A stretch of 64,000 bases of DNA from an uncultured Gammaproteobacteria bacterium (GCA_963702105.1 OY969712.1:4232388-4296387), one strand, 5' to 3'. Counted from the stretch's first letter, positions 33,929 through 44,827 are shown. Notes: generated by a model not told the origin, from the letters alone. Numbers and translations are program-made.

Positions 33929-35917
33929 TTAGGCGATGCCTCTGCGTACCCTAAGATGCCAGTTTCCCACCCAGGATTCCACGACGAGCACCGCGACGAG
34001 CAGGCCCAGCAGCCAGGGCGCCAGTGACGTCAGCGTGCGCTCGGGCTCCGGCGCCCCGCCGGCCGGCTCCGCCGGCTTGGCTTCGGAGCCGAGGGCCTGC
34101 CAGCGCTCGATCGTCGCCGCGTCCATGGCCGCGAGATCCGATTCGGCGGGCAGGGGGTTCACGGCCACGAGCTCGCTGCGCCCGCCGCCGTCCCCCTCGT
34201 AGAACCCGACGGCGTCCACGAGCACCTCGTCCGTGCCGCCGCCGAGGCCGAGCGCCTTGTGGCCCTCGGGGTCGAAGATTTGCCCGGCCTTGAGCCCCAT
34301 GCCCTGCACCGACAGCGTGCTGCCGAGCTCGGCCTGGTTGCTGAAGCCGGCGTTGCCGAGCAGCTGGTTCGCGAGCCCCGCCATGAACGGCACGAAGACG
34401 GGCTGCACGGGCAGGTCGTTCCAGGTCCGGTCCAGTGTGGAGGCGAACAGCAGCACGCGGCCGGCGCCGAGGCGGCGCTCGATGAGCAGCGGCGAGCCGT
34501 TCTCGAGCGCGACGAGCACGCGGTCGCCCTGGGCCGGCGTCAGGCCCACGTAGCGGGTGAACCGGGCCGTGCGCAGCTCGTCGAGGCCCTGCAGCGCCGG
34601 GTGGGACAGATCCGCGTAGCCGACCGAGGTCGTCTCGGCCCCGCGCAGCGAATCGGCACCGCGAATCGCCTCGCCGGTGATCGGGATCGCCGTGAGGCTC
34701 TCGGCCCGGGGCCCGAGCGCGAGCAGCAGCGCGCCGCCCGACTGGACATAATCCTTAAGGCTTGCGGCCTCGTCCGGCCCGAGGGTGCCGGCGTCCGTCA
34801 CGACGACGAAGCTCGAATCCGCCGGCTTCGCGTCGGCGAGCTTGCCCGCCGGCACCGTCTTCGTGTCGATGGCGAGCGTGGACAGCGTCTTCAGCGCAGA
34901 GCGCACGTAAAGGTCGTCCCGGCCATGGCCGCCGCTGCCCGAGACGACGAGCACCGAGCGCGGCTCGGGGCGTTTGAGCGCGAGGAAACGCCGGTCGTCG
35001 AGCGCGAGGCCGTCGCCGGGCGAAAGCACGGCGGTCACGCGGTTACCGCCCGCGGCGAGATCGAGCGGATCGAACTTCACGATGGCGTGGCCGCCGGCCG
35101 CGAGCTCCACGCTGCGCTCGGCGACCTGCTTGCCATTGAGCTCGATGGCCAGCGTCTTCGTCGCCGCCGCGGGCGCGTAGCTGCGCACATAGACCTCGAG
35201 CGCGCCCGTGACGGTGGACCCCGTGAAGCTCTCGATGGCCCAGTTCGCCGCCTCCCCGCTCGCAACGTCGTGAATGCGGATGGCAGCGGGCTCGCGCGGG
35301 GCGAGCTCTGCGAAGCGGCTCGGCATCGCAGACTTCTGCGCGTCCGTGACGAGGTCGAGCACGATGGGCAGATCGACGCCGCGCACTACGCCGTCGAGCG
35401 CGTGCATGAGCCGGCCGTAGTCCACGCGAAAGACGCCGGGCCGAAGCGTCGCGATCCCGGCCCTGAGCTTCGCGGCGTCGGCCGTCGGCCGGGTGACGAT
35501 CTGCGGCACGCGGCCCGCCGCGACGACTTCGGCCTGATCGTTCGCACCGAGGCCCCCCACCACGGCTTGCGCCTCGCGCACGGCCCGCTGCCAGCGGTCG
35601 CCGTAGCCCATCGATTCGGACGTATCCATGACGATCACGTGCAGCCTTGCCTCCTTGCCTGCGCCCGTGCCCGGGAGGTGCAGCCACGCCGGCTGTGCGA
35701 ACGCGAGCGCGAGCAGCACGAGCGCGCCGATGCGCAGCGCCAGTAGAGCCAAGTACTGCAATTTCTTGGCCAACACGCGCCGCGGCTCCCCGGCCTCGAG
35801 GAACATGAGCGAGGCGAAGGTCTGGCGGTTCGGGTTCTCCGCCGACAGGCGGTGCAGCCAGAGGGGCAGCGCGATGGCCGCGAAACCGGCCAGAAAAGCG
35901 GGCGCGAGCAGCGTCAT
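33929..35917 (-). CDS. BatA_N (aerotolerance-regulator N-terminal double-TM) plus VWA-domain membrane protein
   Basis: N-terminus MTLLAPAFLAGFAAIALPLWLHRLSAENPNRQTFASLMFLE, then a second TM. VWA MIDAS HVIVMDTSESMGYGDRW. C-terminal TM LAPWLLGLLVAVLVVESW. Confidence 0.8.
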   Translation of the reverse strand: MTLLAPAFLAGFAAIALPLWLHRLSAENPNRQTFASLMFLEAGEPRRVLAKKLQYLALLALRIGALVLLALAFAQPAWLHLPGTGAGKEARLHVIVMDTSESMGYGDRWQRAVREAQAVVGGLGANDQAEVVAAGRVPQIVTRPTADAAKLRAGIATLRPGVFRVDYGRLMHALDGVVRGVDLPIVLDLVTDAQKSAMPSRFAELAPREPAAIRIHDVASGEAANWAIESFTGSTVTGALEVYVRSYAPAAATKTLAIELNGKQVAERSVELAAGGHAIVKFDPLDLAAGGNRVTAVLSPGDGLALDDRRFLALKRPEPRSVLVVSGSGGHGRDDLYVRSALKTLSTLAIDTKTVPAGKLADAKPADSSFVVVTDAGTLGPDEAASLKDYVQSGGALLLALGPRAESLTAIPITGEAIRGADSLRGAETTSVGYADLSHPALQGLDELRTARFTRYVGLTPAQGDRVLVALENGSPLLIERRLGAGRVLLFASTLDRTWNDLPVQPVFVPFMAGLANQLLGNAGFSNQAELGSTLSVQGMGLKAGQIFDPEGHKALGLGGGTDEVLVDAVGFYEGDGGGRSELVAVNPLPAESDLAAMDAATIERWQALGSEAKPAEPAGGAPEPERTLTSLAPWLLGLLVAVLVVESWVGNWHLRVRRGIA

Positions 35918-35918
35918 G

Positions 35919-36823
35919 TCATCCTCGCCGCTGTCTGAACAGCAGATACTCCCTGAGTGCCGAATCGAGCGGCGCCGATATGTCGATGAGCTTGTAGTCG
36001 GCGTTGGCCCCGAGCGCGGCCTTGTGCAGCGCGTCGATGTGGGCGCGGATGCGCTCGCGGTAGCGCGAGCGCATGAACAGCGGCGAAACCTCCATCGTCT
36101 CGCCGGTCTCCACGTCCTCGAACAGCGCCGACTCCTTGAGGTCCGGCTCGAGCTCCTGCTTGTCCAAAAGCTGGAACAGGACGACGTCCTGGCCCTGGTA
36201 GGCCAGGGGCCGCACGCCCTTGATCAGCGCTTCGGGGTCGCAGTAGAAGTCCGAGATCACGGCGACGAGCCCGCGCCCTTTCTGAAACTCGCGGAAGCGC
36301 TCGAACGGCACCTTGAGATTCGTACCGGCGCCGGGCACCGCGTGGTCGATGGCATGCAGCACGGCATGCAGCTGGCCCTGGCGCGTCGAGGGCGGCCGAT
36401 GCTCGCGCACCTCCTCGTCGAAGACGATGAGCCCGATCGCGTCGTGCTGCTTGGAAGCGAGGTAGACGAGCGTCGCGGCCAGATACTTCGCGTACTGGAG
36501 CTTCGTGACGGCGCCCGACCCGAAATTCATCGACGCGCTCACGTCGAGCAGCACGACGAGGTGCGTGTTCGTCTCGCCGATGTAGCGCTTGATGTAGGTG
36601 CGTTCCGTGCGCGCGTAGACGTTCCAGTCCACGAAGCGCGGATCGTCGCCCTCCGAGTACGCGCGGTACTCGGCGAACTCCTGACTGAAGCCGAAAAACG
36701 GCGAGCGGTGCAGCCCCGTGAGGAAACCCTCGACGACCGTGCGCGCCACGAGGTCGAGGTTCGAGAGCCTGCCCAGCACTTCGGGCTTGAGCAGGTGCAG
36801 CGGGGCGCGCGGCTCGGGCGTGC

Positions 36824-36827
<4 letters not shown>
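35919..36827 (-). CDS. DUF58 domain-containing protein (VWA-like; MoxR partner)
   Basis: GLHRSPFFGFSQEFAEYRAYSEGDDPRFVDWNVYART...VVLLDVSASM. Its ATG overlaps the MoxR stop (ATGA). Confidence 0.9.
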
Positions 36828-37856
<1,029 letters not shown>

Positions 37857-37867
<11 letters not shown>

Positions 37868-40121
37868 GTACCATCTCCAATAGTAATTGCTGGGCGTCGC
37901 GATACTCCGGCGCGATTTCCAGAGCATACAACAACTGCTTTCGGCCCTGGTCCTGGTCGCCGAGCCCGAGGTAGGCCCGGGCCAACCGGTAATGCATCGA
38001 GGCCTGATCCTGCGGCTCCATGGCCGCGTAGGCCTGGTACTCCGCCAGCGCCTCCTTGGGCCGCTTCGCGTCGAGCAGCCAGTCGCCGAGGTCGGCGTGC
38101 AGCTTCTCGTCGAGCGGCGCGACCAGCAGCAGCGCCTGCATCGTCGCAATGGCGGCGTCCGCGTGGCCCGCCGCGTGCTGCAGGTCGGCGAGCTTGCGCA
38201 GCGCATCCGGATTGTAGCCCCCGAGCTTCAGATACTCCTCGAGCGCCGCTTCGGCCTGCCCCTCGTGCCCGAGCTCATCGTCGGCGCGCGCCTCGATGAG
38301 GTACCCGCTGCCCTCGTCTACATAGGCCGGAAACAGCTTCACGACCTCCTCGGCCTTCTCGCGCGCGTGCGCCCAATCCTTCTTCGCGTAAGCCTGATTC
38401 GCGGCCGCGAGGGCCTTCTTCCAGGCGTCGTAGTGCTCGAGCACGGCTCCGAACTGGTCCTGGACGTACTGGGCGAAGGCCTCGTCGAAGTCCCCGGCCG
38501 AGAGCCCGAGCGCCTGCTTGATCGCCGCCGCAGTGTCGGCCCCGCCGGTGTAGGCCTCGAGCATCGCATTGATGCCGTGCTGGCCCCAGCGCCCGTGGAT
38601 GTACTCGCAGATGAGGCCGGCCTGCATATAGGACACGATGACCTGGGCGTTGTACGTCGGGCGGATGAAACCCTGGTCGAGATCGGCTACGGGCAGCAGC
38701 TTATTGGCCTTCAAGGCCTCGAACCAATCCGGCGGCAGATGCCGGCCCTTGAGCGGTCCCGTGCTCCACTCCTCGTAGACGGAGACGCCCTCGCTGAACC
38801 AGCGCGGCACGAGGTGATTGGTCTTCTCGAGCGTGAACACGTGAGCCATCTCGTGCCAGAGCGTCGTGCCCCAGTGGAACTCGCCTTTCGGGCGGCCCGA
38901 TGGGCTGTCCATGGCCACGAGGTAGCCGAAAGTCACGCCGAGCAGGCCGATGCCGGGCAGCCCCGAGGTGCGCACGGCGAAGTCGTCGTGATTCGGATAC
39001 AGCTCGACGACGACGGGGTTCTTGAGATCGAAGTCGAAGAGTTTCGTGTAATCGGTGACGGCTTCGCGCGCCAGATCGAGCACGTAAGGCTCGAGCACGG
39101 GGGCCTCCTTCTTCTGCAGGCGCGTGATGATGGCCGGCCCAACCTGCCCCGGCTTCGGCTCGGTGCGCGTCACCTCGAAATTGTCGAAGCTGTCGATGAG
39201 GCGCAGCGTGTTGACCGTCTCCGGGCTGTACGGGTCGCCGCCGTACGCGAGCGCGAGCTGCTTCTGCGCCTCGTCCACGCGATTTTCCCGCAGCAGGTTC
39301 ACGCCGAGCTCGGCGTGGGCCGAGTACAGATCCGGCTGCAGCGCCACGGCCTTCTCCAGCAGGGCGATGGCCTCCCGGTAACGGCGCGTAATCACGTAGA
39401 AATGGGCCTGGGTCTCGTAGACCTGACCGTAATGCGGATCGTAGTCGAGCGCCTTCTGCGTCCACGGGCTCGGCTGCACGTCCTTGAGCAGGTCCTCGGA
39501 CGCGAGCAGCGCATCCACCTCGAGCGGGGGCAGCTTGTCCTTCTCGACGGCTGCCAGGGCCTTTTTCAGCGAGGCGTCGGCGCGCGCGAGATTGCCCTCC
39601 TCGAGATCCATGCGCGCGACGAGCAGCAACGCGGGCACGTTGTCGGGCTCGGCGCCGAGCACCTCCTTGACCCACTCGCGGGCCTTGCCCTCGTAGCGGT
39701 CGGCCGAGACCGAAGCGAGGCCGAGCTTGGCCGGAACGTTGTCCGGATCGATCTTCAACGCCTCGAGGAACAGCTTCACGGCCTCGTCGGCCTGATGCGT
39801 GTCGAGAAAGAGCTGGCCCCAGCGCACGCGCACGGCCGGGTCCTTCTCGTACTGCTTGAGCGCCGTCTGGAAATGGGCGTTCGCGCTCTTGAAGTCGCGC
39901 AGCGCCCGCGCGGCCTCCGCCAGCACGCGCTCGTCGGCGCTCTGATCGAGGAGCCCGCGATAGCAGGCGTTGGCCTCGGCGTCCTCGCCGCGATAGCGCA
40001 GCCCGTCGCAGGCTTTGAGCTCGGCGGGCCGGTCCTTGCCGTATTCGATTTGAAAGGCGTGCGCGGAGGCCGCCGCGAGGAAGCCGGCCAGCAGGCCGAG
40101 GCTGCGGAAGCGCGCGCTCAC
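37857..40121 (-). CDS. secreted TPR-repeat protein with an embedded HEXXH zinc-metallopeptidase-like domain
   Basis: GTG start overlaps the upstream stop (GTGA). Signal peptide MSARFRSLGLLAGFLAAASAHA. TPR-like helices on both sides of ...GEFHWGTTLWHEMAHVFTLEKTNHLVPRWFSEGVSVYEE (gluzincin-like HEXXH ... E). Confidence 0.75.
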
Positions 40122-41287
40122 GGGGACCGGTCCGCGCCGGAGGGCGGATTCGTTTCGGCGGGCGGGCTCGTGTCAGTAGTCGGGCTCGTGTCAGTAGTCG
40201 GGCTCGTGTCAGTAGTCGGGCTCGCCTTGGTTCCCAGCGCATCGCCGTCCGGGGAAATCTGCTTTTGCGCGTCCGCCGCCGCTGCATCGCCTGTGGGCCC
40301 CGCCGACGCGCCGGCGCCCTCCGCTGCCTTGCCGCCCTTGCCCTGGGCCGCGTCGATCTTCTGCTGCACCTTGGCAAGATTCACGAGCAGCGCCTGCAGC
40401 TGGTCGAGGTAATCCGCCTGCTGCAGCGTATCCTTGCGCTGGCGCAAAGCCTCGATGCGGCCTTCGATGTCGCCGAGCTGCGAATACAGCGCCGCGACCT
40501 CCGGAGTCCGCGTGCCGAGCTCGGTCAGGCGGGCGGCCATAAAGTGCGGGGCTTCCTTGCCCTCGAGCTGCGGATGCTCGGTCGCGAGCGTGCCCTCGCT
40601 CTTGTAACTGTCGGCCACCTGCCGCGAAGCGTAGTCGAAGGCCTCCTTGGCCGTGACGACGCCGTCCTTGTTCGTGTCCGCCTCCTTGCTCGAGAGCGCC
40701 GCGGCCCACTGCGTGCCGAAGCGCGTGGCGTTGCGCTCGGCGCCGCTGCGCGTCGCCGTGATCACGGTCCTGCCGTCCGCCGACCACTTCTTGAGCACGG
40801 CTCCGCTCGCGCTCGTCGCATCCACGACGAGCTGGGACCGCGCGGGCAGCGCGGCCAGCCACTTGGCGAGCTCGTCGCCGTCCACGTCCGGGCCCGGGAT
40901 GTTGAACTTGTAGTGCTCGCCGTCGTAGCTGCCGTGGCCGATCAGGATCACCACTGCGCTGTCGCTCTCCTTGAGCTTGCCCGCCATCTCGCGGAAGGCC
41001 TTCTCCATGGAGGCGCGCGAGACGGCCGAGCCCGTCAGCAGCTTCACGCGCGACTGGTCACCGACCGTGCGCCGCGCGGCCGCGGCCAGCGACTTCGCGT
41101 CGGCGACGAACTGCTTTTCGTAGTCCGGCTGGCCCCCGAGACCCGAGACGATGAGGTAGTACGGCTCCGCGAATGCGGCGGGTGCGGCCAGCGCCGCGGA
41201 AAACGCCGCGAGGGCGGCGAGCCCCAATCGGCGGCGCGCGCGCGGCTTTTCCGAGACTCGGCTCGCGAACGTCATCGGTTCCATCAT
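40118..41287 (-). CDS. secreted protein: caspase/legumain (C13/C14)-fold-like domain lacking the canonical Cys, EF-hand loop, coiled coil and (TTDTSP)3 tail
   Basis: Start at the ATG at 41287, overlapping the upstream stop (ATGA). Signal peptide ...RRLGLAALAAFSAALAAPAAFA. VVILIGHGSYDGEHYKF (His-Gly) and LVVDATSASGA where DxCxSG is expected. DTNKDGVVTAKE matches the 12-residue EF-hand loop. The fold assignment is my judgement, not a search result. Confidence 0.6.
   Translation of the reverse strand: MMEPMTFASRVSEKPRARRRLGLAALAAFSAALAAPAAFAEPYYLIVSGLGGQPDYEKQFVADAKSLAAAARRTVGDQSRVKLLTGSAVSRASMEKAFREMAGKLKESDSAVVILIGHGSYDGEHYKFNIPGPDVDGDELAKWLAALPARSQLVVDATSASGAVLKKWSADGRTVITATRSGAERNATRFGTQWAAALSSKEADTNKDGVVTAKEAFDYASRQVADSYKSEGTLATEHPQLEGKEAPHFMAARLTELGTRTPEVAALYSQLGDIEGRIEALRQRKDTLQQADYLDQLQALLVNLAKVQQKIDAAQGKGGKAAEGAGASAGPTGDAAAADAQKQISPDGDALGTKASPTTDTSPTTDTSPTTDTSPPAETNPPSGADRSP
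40164..40217. repeat. 18-bp tandem repeat x3 encoding (TTDTSP)3
   Basis: GGGCTCGTGTCAGTAGTC x3 read directly. A partial fourth unit follows. Confidence 0.85.
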
Positions 41288-43527
41288 AGACGACCCCATC
41301 TGAGGCGCAGCAGCCATTCCGCGCCCTTGAGCACCAGCAGCAGCAGAAACGCGGCCGGCGCGTTCCACAGCTCCAGCACCTGCCGCTCGACGACGCCCGC
41401 GTCCGAGAACCTTACGGCGTCCGGCAGCTTGCCGAGATCGGCCAAAGCGAAGTAGCGGCCGCCCGTCGCCGCCGCGAGGCGCTCGAGCAGCGGCCGATTC
41501 TGCTCGACGTGGAAATGCTCGGCCACGTTGTCCTCGCGGCGCACGGCCGCTTCGGCCGTGCCGAGCGCCTTGCCGCCCGCCTCCGCCGTCACGTCGAAGC
41601 GGTAGGCACCGGGCGCTTCGGCCTCGAAGGTCGCGCGGTAGATGCCGGGCTCGCCGGCGGCGGGCGTCATCTCGAGCGACGAGGGCCCCTTCGGGCCGTC
41701 GATACTGAGCGTGACCTTGGCGTCCGACGCCGGCTCGAAGTGCTCGTCGCGCACTTCTGCGCGCAGCGCGACGCGCGTCTCATCCGGATAGAACGCATGA
41801 TCCGTCGTCAGCGTGACCGGCGCCGGCGCGCTTGCCGCGAGCGTCTGCAGCAGCTGCCGCCAGAACGTCTCGTGACGCTGGTCCTCGTGAGGCAGCTGCA
41901 TCTGCCAGCGCCACGTTCCGCCCGTGGCCAGGATGTATGCGTTGCCGAGACCGTAATGCTGCTCGACGAGCAGCGGCTCGCGCTTGCCCTCGAAGTCGGC
42001 GTCGAGCAGCGCAACGGCGCCGGGCTTGAGCTTGCCGAGATGCTGGAAATCGGCGATCTGCGGCATGCCTTCCCAGGCCTTGCGGTTCGCGTCGTCGCCC
42101 TCCGCGAGGCGCATGGTCGGCGAGCGCGCCCCGTCGTCCGTCAGCACGGCCTTCGCCGGCATGCGCACGAAGCTCGGGCCGTTGTCCACGTTCGGCAGCT
42201 GCGCCGGCAGCACGTCGGCCACGACCGTCGCACCCCAACCGCCGTCCGCGAGACCCCGGCGGCCGCCGAGCATGAGCAGAGTGCCACCCCGGCGGCTCAC
42301 GAAATCCTGAATCATCTGCTGCTGCTTCGCCGTGAGCGCAGCGGCCTCGTAGCTGCCGATGATCAGCGCGTCGTACTTGAACAGCGTCGCATCGTCGCTC
42401 GGGAAACCGTCCTTGAGCTCGTCGGGCGATTCGATGCCCTGGCGATAGAACTTGTTCGGCGTCGTGCGCAGCAGGCTCGCGAGCCGCACCGTAGACTTGT
42501 CCTCGACCGCGCGGCGCATGAATTTGTACTCCCACCGCGGCTCGCCCTCGATGTACAGGACGCTCCGATGCGCGTCGGGCACGACGAGCGGCCGCGGCAG
42601 GGTGTTGTTGATCGTATTGCGCTCGCCGGGCAGCGCCGCGAGCGTGAAGCGCAGATCCTTGAGACCCGCCTTCTTGATGTCGAGATCCACCGATCGGGTC
42701 GTGACGCCGGCCTCGTCCGGCAGCTGGATCGTCTTCGAGGCCAGTATCGCGTCGCCGTCGTAGACCTTGAGGTCGGCGCTGCCGCCGCGCGCGTGGCGGA
42801 TGCTGACCTGGGCGCTCATGGTCGTCCCGGGCAGCGCCTGTTCGGGCAGGTCCACATCCTCGAGTTCGAGATCCTCCGGCATCTTCTCGCGGCCGACGCC
42901 GACGGTATCGACTGGCACGCCGAAACTCGCGATCTCCGCGATCCTGGCGGCGTCGAGCGAGCCCGAATTGTCCTCCCCGTCGCTGACGAGCACGATCGCG
43001 CCGAGCGCGCCGGAGCGCGCGCCGCGCAGCACGGAGAGGAGCGCATCGCCGATGTGCGTCTGCGGCCCCGGCGCGGGCACCTTGGCCAGCGAGGGCAGTT
43101 CGACGGCGTCGTTCGCGAACCCGTAGAGATCCACCTGGAACTGGCGCTGCAGCGCGGGCAGCGCCGAGGCGCCGAGCGCCTGAGTGGCCTGCTGCAGGCG
43201 CGACTCCTTGCCTTCGCCGTAAGTCATGCTGGCCGACGTATCGAGCACGACGGCGACCGAGTTCTGCTTGGGCTTCAGGGTCTGGCTCAGCAGCGCCGGC
43301 CGCCAGAGCAGAAACAGCGCGAGCACGAGCACGGCCGCCTCGAGCACACCGAGCGCCGCGACCTTTGCGGGCGCGAGCCCCTGGTGCGTGCGCGCAAGGC
43401 TTACGCCGACCCCGGCGGCCGCGGCGACGCCGAGCAGCGCGAGCAGCCAGACCGGCCAGCCGCTCGCGAACACGAAGTGCGAGCGCGCGAAGGTCTCTGG
43501 GGAATACTTGAAGAACAGGTCGAACAC
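41284..43527 (-). CDS. membrane protein: N-terminal 2 TM, VWA domain, GATase1-like (DUF1355-type) domain, Ig-like region and C-terminal TM
   Basis: GTG start with AAGGA RBS. VAVVLDTSASMTYGEG (MIDAS). SVLYIEGEPRWEYKFMRRAV and ALIIGSYEAAALTAKQQQMIQDFVSRRGGTLLMLGG (class-I glutamine-amidotransferase-like fold, from memory of DUF1355). C-terminal APAAFLLLLVLKGAEWLL. Confidence 0.8.
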   Translation of the reverse strand: MFDLFFKYSPETFARSHFVFASGWPVWLLALLGVAAAAGVGVSLARTHQGLAPAKVAALGVLEAAVLVLALFLLWRPALLSQTLKPKQNSVAVVLDTSASMTYGEGKESRLQQATQALGASALPALQRQFQVDLYGFANDAVELPSLAKVPAPGPQTHIGDALLSVLRGARSGALGAIVLVSDGEDNSGSLDAARIAEIASFGVPVDTVGVGREKMPEDLELEDVDLPEQALPGTTMSAQVSIRHARGGSADLKVYDGDAILASKTIQLPDEAGVTTRSVDLDIKKAGLKDLRFTLAALPGERNTINNTLPRPLVVPDAHRSVLYIEGEPRWEYKFMRRAVEDKSTVRLASLLRTTPNKFYRQGIESPDELKDGFPSDDATLFKYDALIIGSYEAAALTAKQQQMIQDFVSRRGGTLLMLGGRRGLADGGWGATVVADVLPAQLPNVDNGPSFVRMPAKAVLTDDGARSPTMRLAEGDDANRKAWEGMPQIADFQHLGKLKPGAVALLDADFEGKREPLLVEQHYGLGNAYILATGGTWRWQMQLPHEDQRHETFWRQLLQTLAASAPAPVTLTTDHAFYPDETRVALRAEVRDEHFEPASDAKVTLSIDGPKGPSSLEMTPAAGEPGIYRATFEAEAPGAYRFDVTAEAGGKALGTAEAAVRREDNVAEHFHVEQNRPLLERLAAATGGRYFALADLGKLPDAVRFSDAGVVERQVLELWNAPAAFLLLLVLKGAEWLLRLRWGRL

Positions 43528-43613
43528 GGACAGTCCTTGGATGGGAAGGGGGACCTTACGCCGGAGCTTACCCTCGCCGTGCCGTCCCGCCTAGTCCGCG
43601 AAGGGCCGGTTTC

Positions 43614-43642
43614 GCGACAGTCTCGCGGCGTGCGGCTATTAT
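43614..43642 (+). promoter_or_regulatory. sigma-70-like promoter candidate (GCGACA-N17-TATTAT)
   Basis: The only AT-rich hexamer in the divergent intergenic region. It lies 33 nt upstream of the GTG at 43675. Confidence 0.25.
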
Positions 43643-43674
43643 CAATTACCCCCGCGCCAGCGAAGGCGGACGAC

Positions 43675-43899
43675 GTGACGCTCGAGGAAAAGAAGGCGGT
43701 TGTCGGCGATTTTCTACGACGCTGCAACGCCTACGCTGAAGAAAAGTTGACGCAGTATGCCCGCGAGCTCGAAAGCGCGGCCGGACCGGGGGCCGAGGAG
43801 CTGCGCAGTAAGCTGCGGGACTGGTCGGCGTACCGGAGGTTCAACGAGCACGCGCTGACGGAGCTCGAGGGCGAGACGCTCGATCGGTGGTTTTCCTGA
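43675..43899 (+). CDS. small hypothetical protein (74 aa), helical, divergent from the MoxR/VWA operon
   Basis: Tail of track ORF 41509..43899. GTG start preceded by AAGGCGGA. VTLEEKKAVVGDFLRRCNAYAEEKLTQYARELESAAGPGAEELRSKLRDWSAYRRFNEHALTELEGETLDRWFS has normal, non-GC-biased composition. Confidence 0.4.
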   Translation: MTLEEKKAVVGDFLRRCNAYAEEKLTQYARELESAAGPGAEELRSKLRDWSAYRRFNEHALTELEGETLDRWFS

Positions 43900-43902
43900 C
43901 GT

Positions 43903-43915
43903 CCCCCCCCCCCCC
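43903..43915. repeat. homopolymeric C tract (~13 C)
   Basis: Counted by eye: GT CCCCCCCC CCCCC GCG. It starts 4 nt after the small-ORF stop and ends ~46 nt upstream of the ATG at 43961. Confidence 0.85.
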
Positions 43916-43960
43916 GCGATTCGGGCACGCCGCTTGCACGGTTTCCCCGGAGGGCGGAAC

Positions 43961-44827
43961 ATGTCCCGGGGCCGCGGCGGCAGGAAGGCGCGGGCGGACA
44001 CCGCGAATGCCGCGAGCGGGCGAGGACCGATGAGCGAAATCGACAAGGGCAGGTGGCTGGCCAGAACCCTCTACGGAGCGGCCGCGGCCATGATCGTCGT
44101 CGCCGCCGTCGCCGCTTCCGGAGACGAGGCCGATCCGGCCCAGGCCGAGTGGCCCACCTCGGAATTCCATTTCGTGCGGCTGCACTACGACGATTCGTCG
44201 TACTGGGGCGGCTACGGCGGGCGTTGGGGCGGACACTGGCTCGTGGACACTCCCGCGGCCGAGTATCACTTCGCGCATAACATTCCGCGCCTCACGAACG
44301 TCAACGTCGACCCCGAGGAGCGGCGCTTCAGGGCCAGCGACGAAGCCCTGTTCAACTACCCCTTCCTGTACGCCGTCGAGGTCGGACACTGGTCCCTCGA
44401 CGATCAGGAGGCGGCGCACCTGCGCGAGTACCTGCTGCGGGGCGGCTTCCTCATGGTGGACGATTTCCACGGCCCGCAGGAATGGCAGGTCTTCATGGAA
44501 ACCATGACGCGCGTCTTTCCCGACCGCCCCGTCGTCGACGTCCCCGAAAGCGATCCGATCTTTCATACGGTCTACAATCTCGACAAGAGCGTACAGGTGC
44601 CCGGCATCCGGCCGCTGCTCATGGGCGTCACTTACGAGTACGGCGGCAAGGTGCCCCACTGGCGCGGCATCTACGACGACGACGGGCGGCTCATGGTGCT
44701 CATCGACCACAACATGGACCTCGGCGACTCCTGGGAGCTCGCGGACAAGTCTTACTATCCCGAGCACTACTCGGCGCTCGGCTTCCGCTTCGCCGTGAAC
44801 TACGTCATTTATTCAATGACGCATTGA
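43961..44827 (+). CDS. DUF4159 domain-containing protein
   Basis: ATG at 43961 follows GGAGGG. The alternative ATG is at 44030. FHFVRLHYDD...WLVDTPAAEYHFAHNIPRLTNVNV...EALFNYPFLYAVEVGHWSLDDQEAAHLREYLLRGGFLMVDDFHG...DPIFHTVYNLD matches my memory of the DUF4159 pattern. Confidence 0.75.
   Translation: MSRGRGGRKARADTANAASGRGPMSEIDKGRWLARTLYGAAAAMIVVAAVAASGDEADPAQAEWPTSEFHFVRLHYDDSSYWGGYGGRWGGHWLVDTPAAEYHFAHNIPRLTNVNVDPEERRFRASDEALFNYPFLYAVEVGHWSLDDQEAAHLREYLLRGGFLMVDDFHGPQEWQVFMETMTRVFPDRPVVDVPESDPIFHTVYNLDKSVQVPGIRPLLMGVTYEYGGKVPHWRGIYDDDGRLMVLIDHNMDLGDSWELADKSYYPEHYSALGFRFAVNYVIYSMTH

Noticed and set aside
29904-33932. 1342-aa plus-strand ORF mirroring the giant minus-strand gene
   Set aside because: L/R/A-dominated composition. 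It has no RBS or operon context. The minus-strand product has TM helices, diverse composition, an AAGGAA RBS and sits in the coupled operon.
37887-43899. Long plus-strand ORFs 37887..40412 (841 aa) and 41509..43899 (796 aa) antisense to the operon
   Set aside because: R/G/A/E-biased antisense frames of well-supported genes. Only the last 74 codons of the second one look like a possible real small ORF, which is reported separately.
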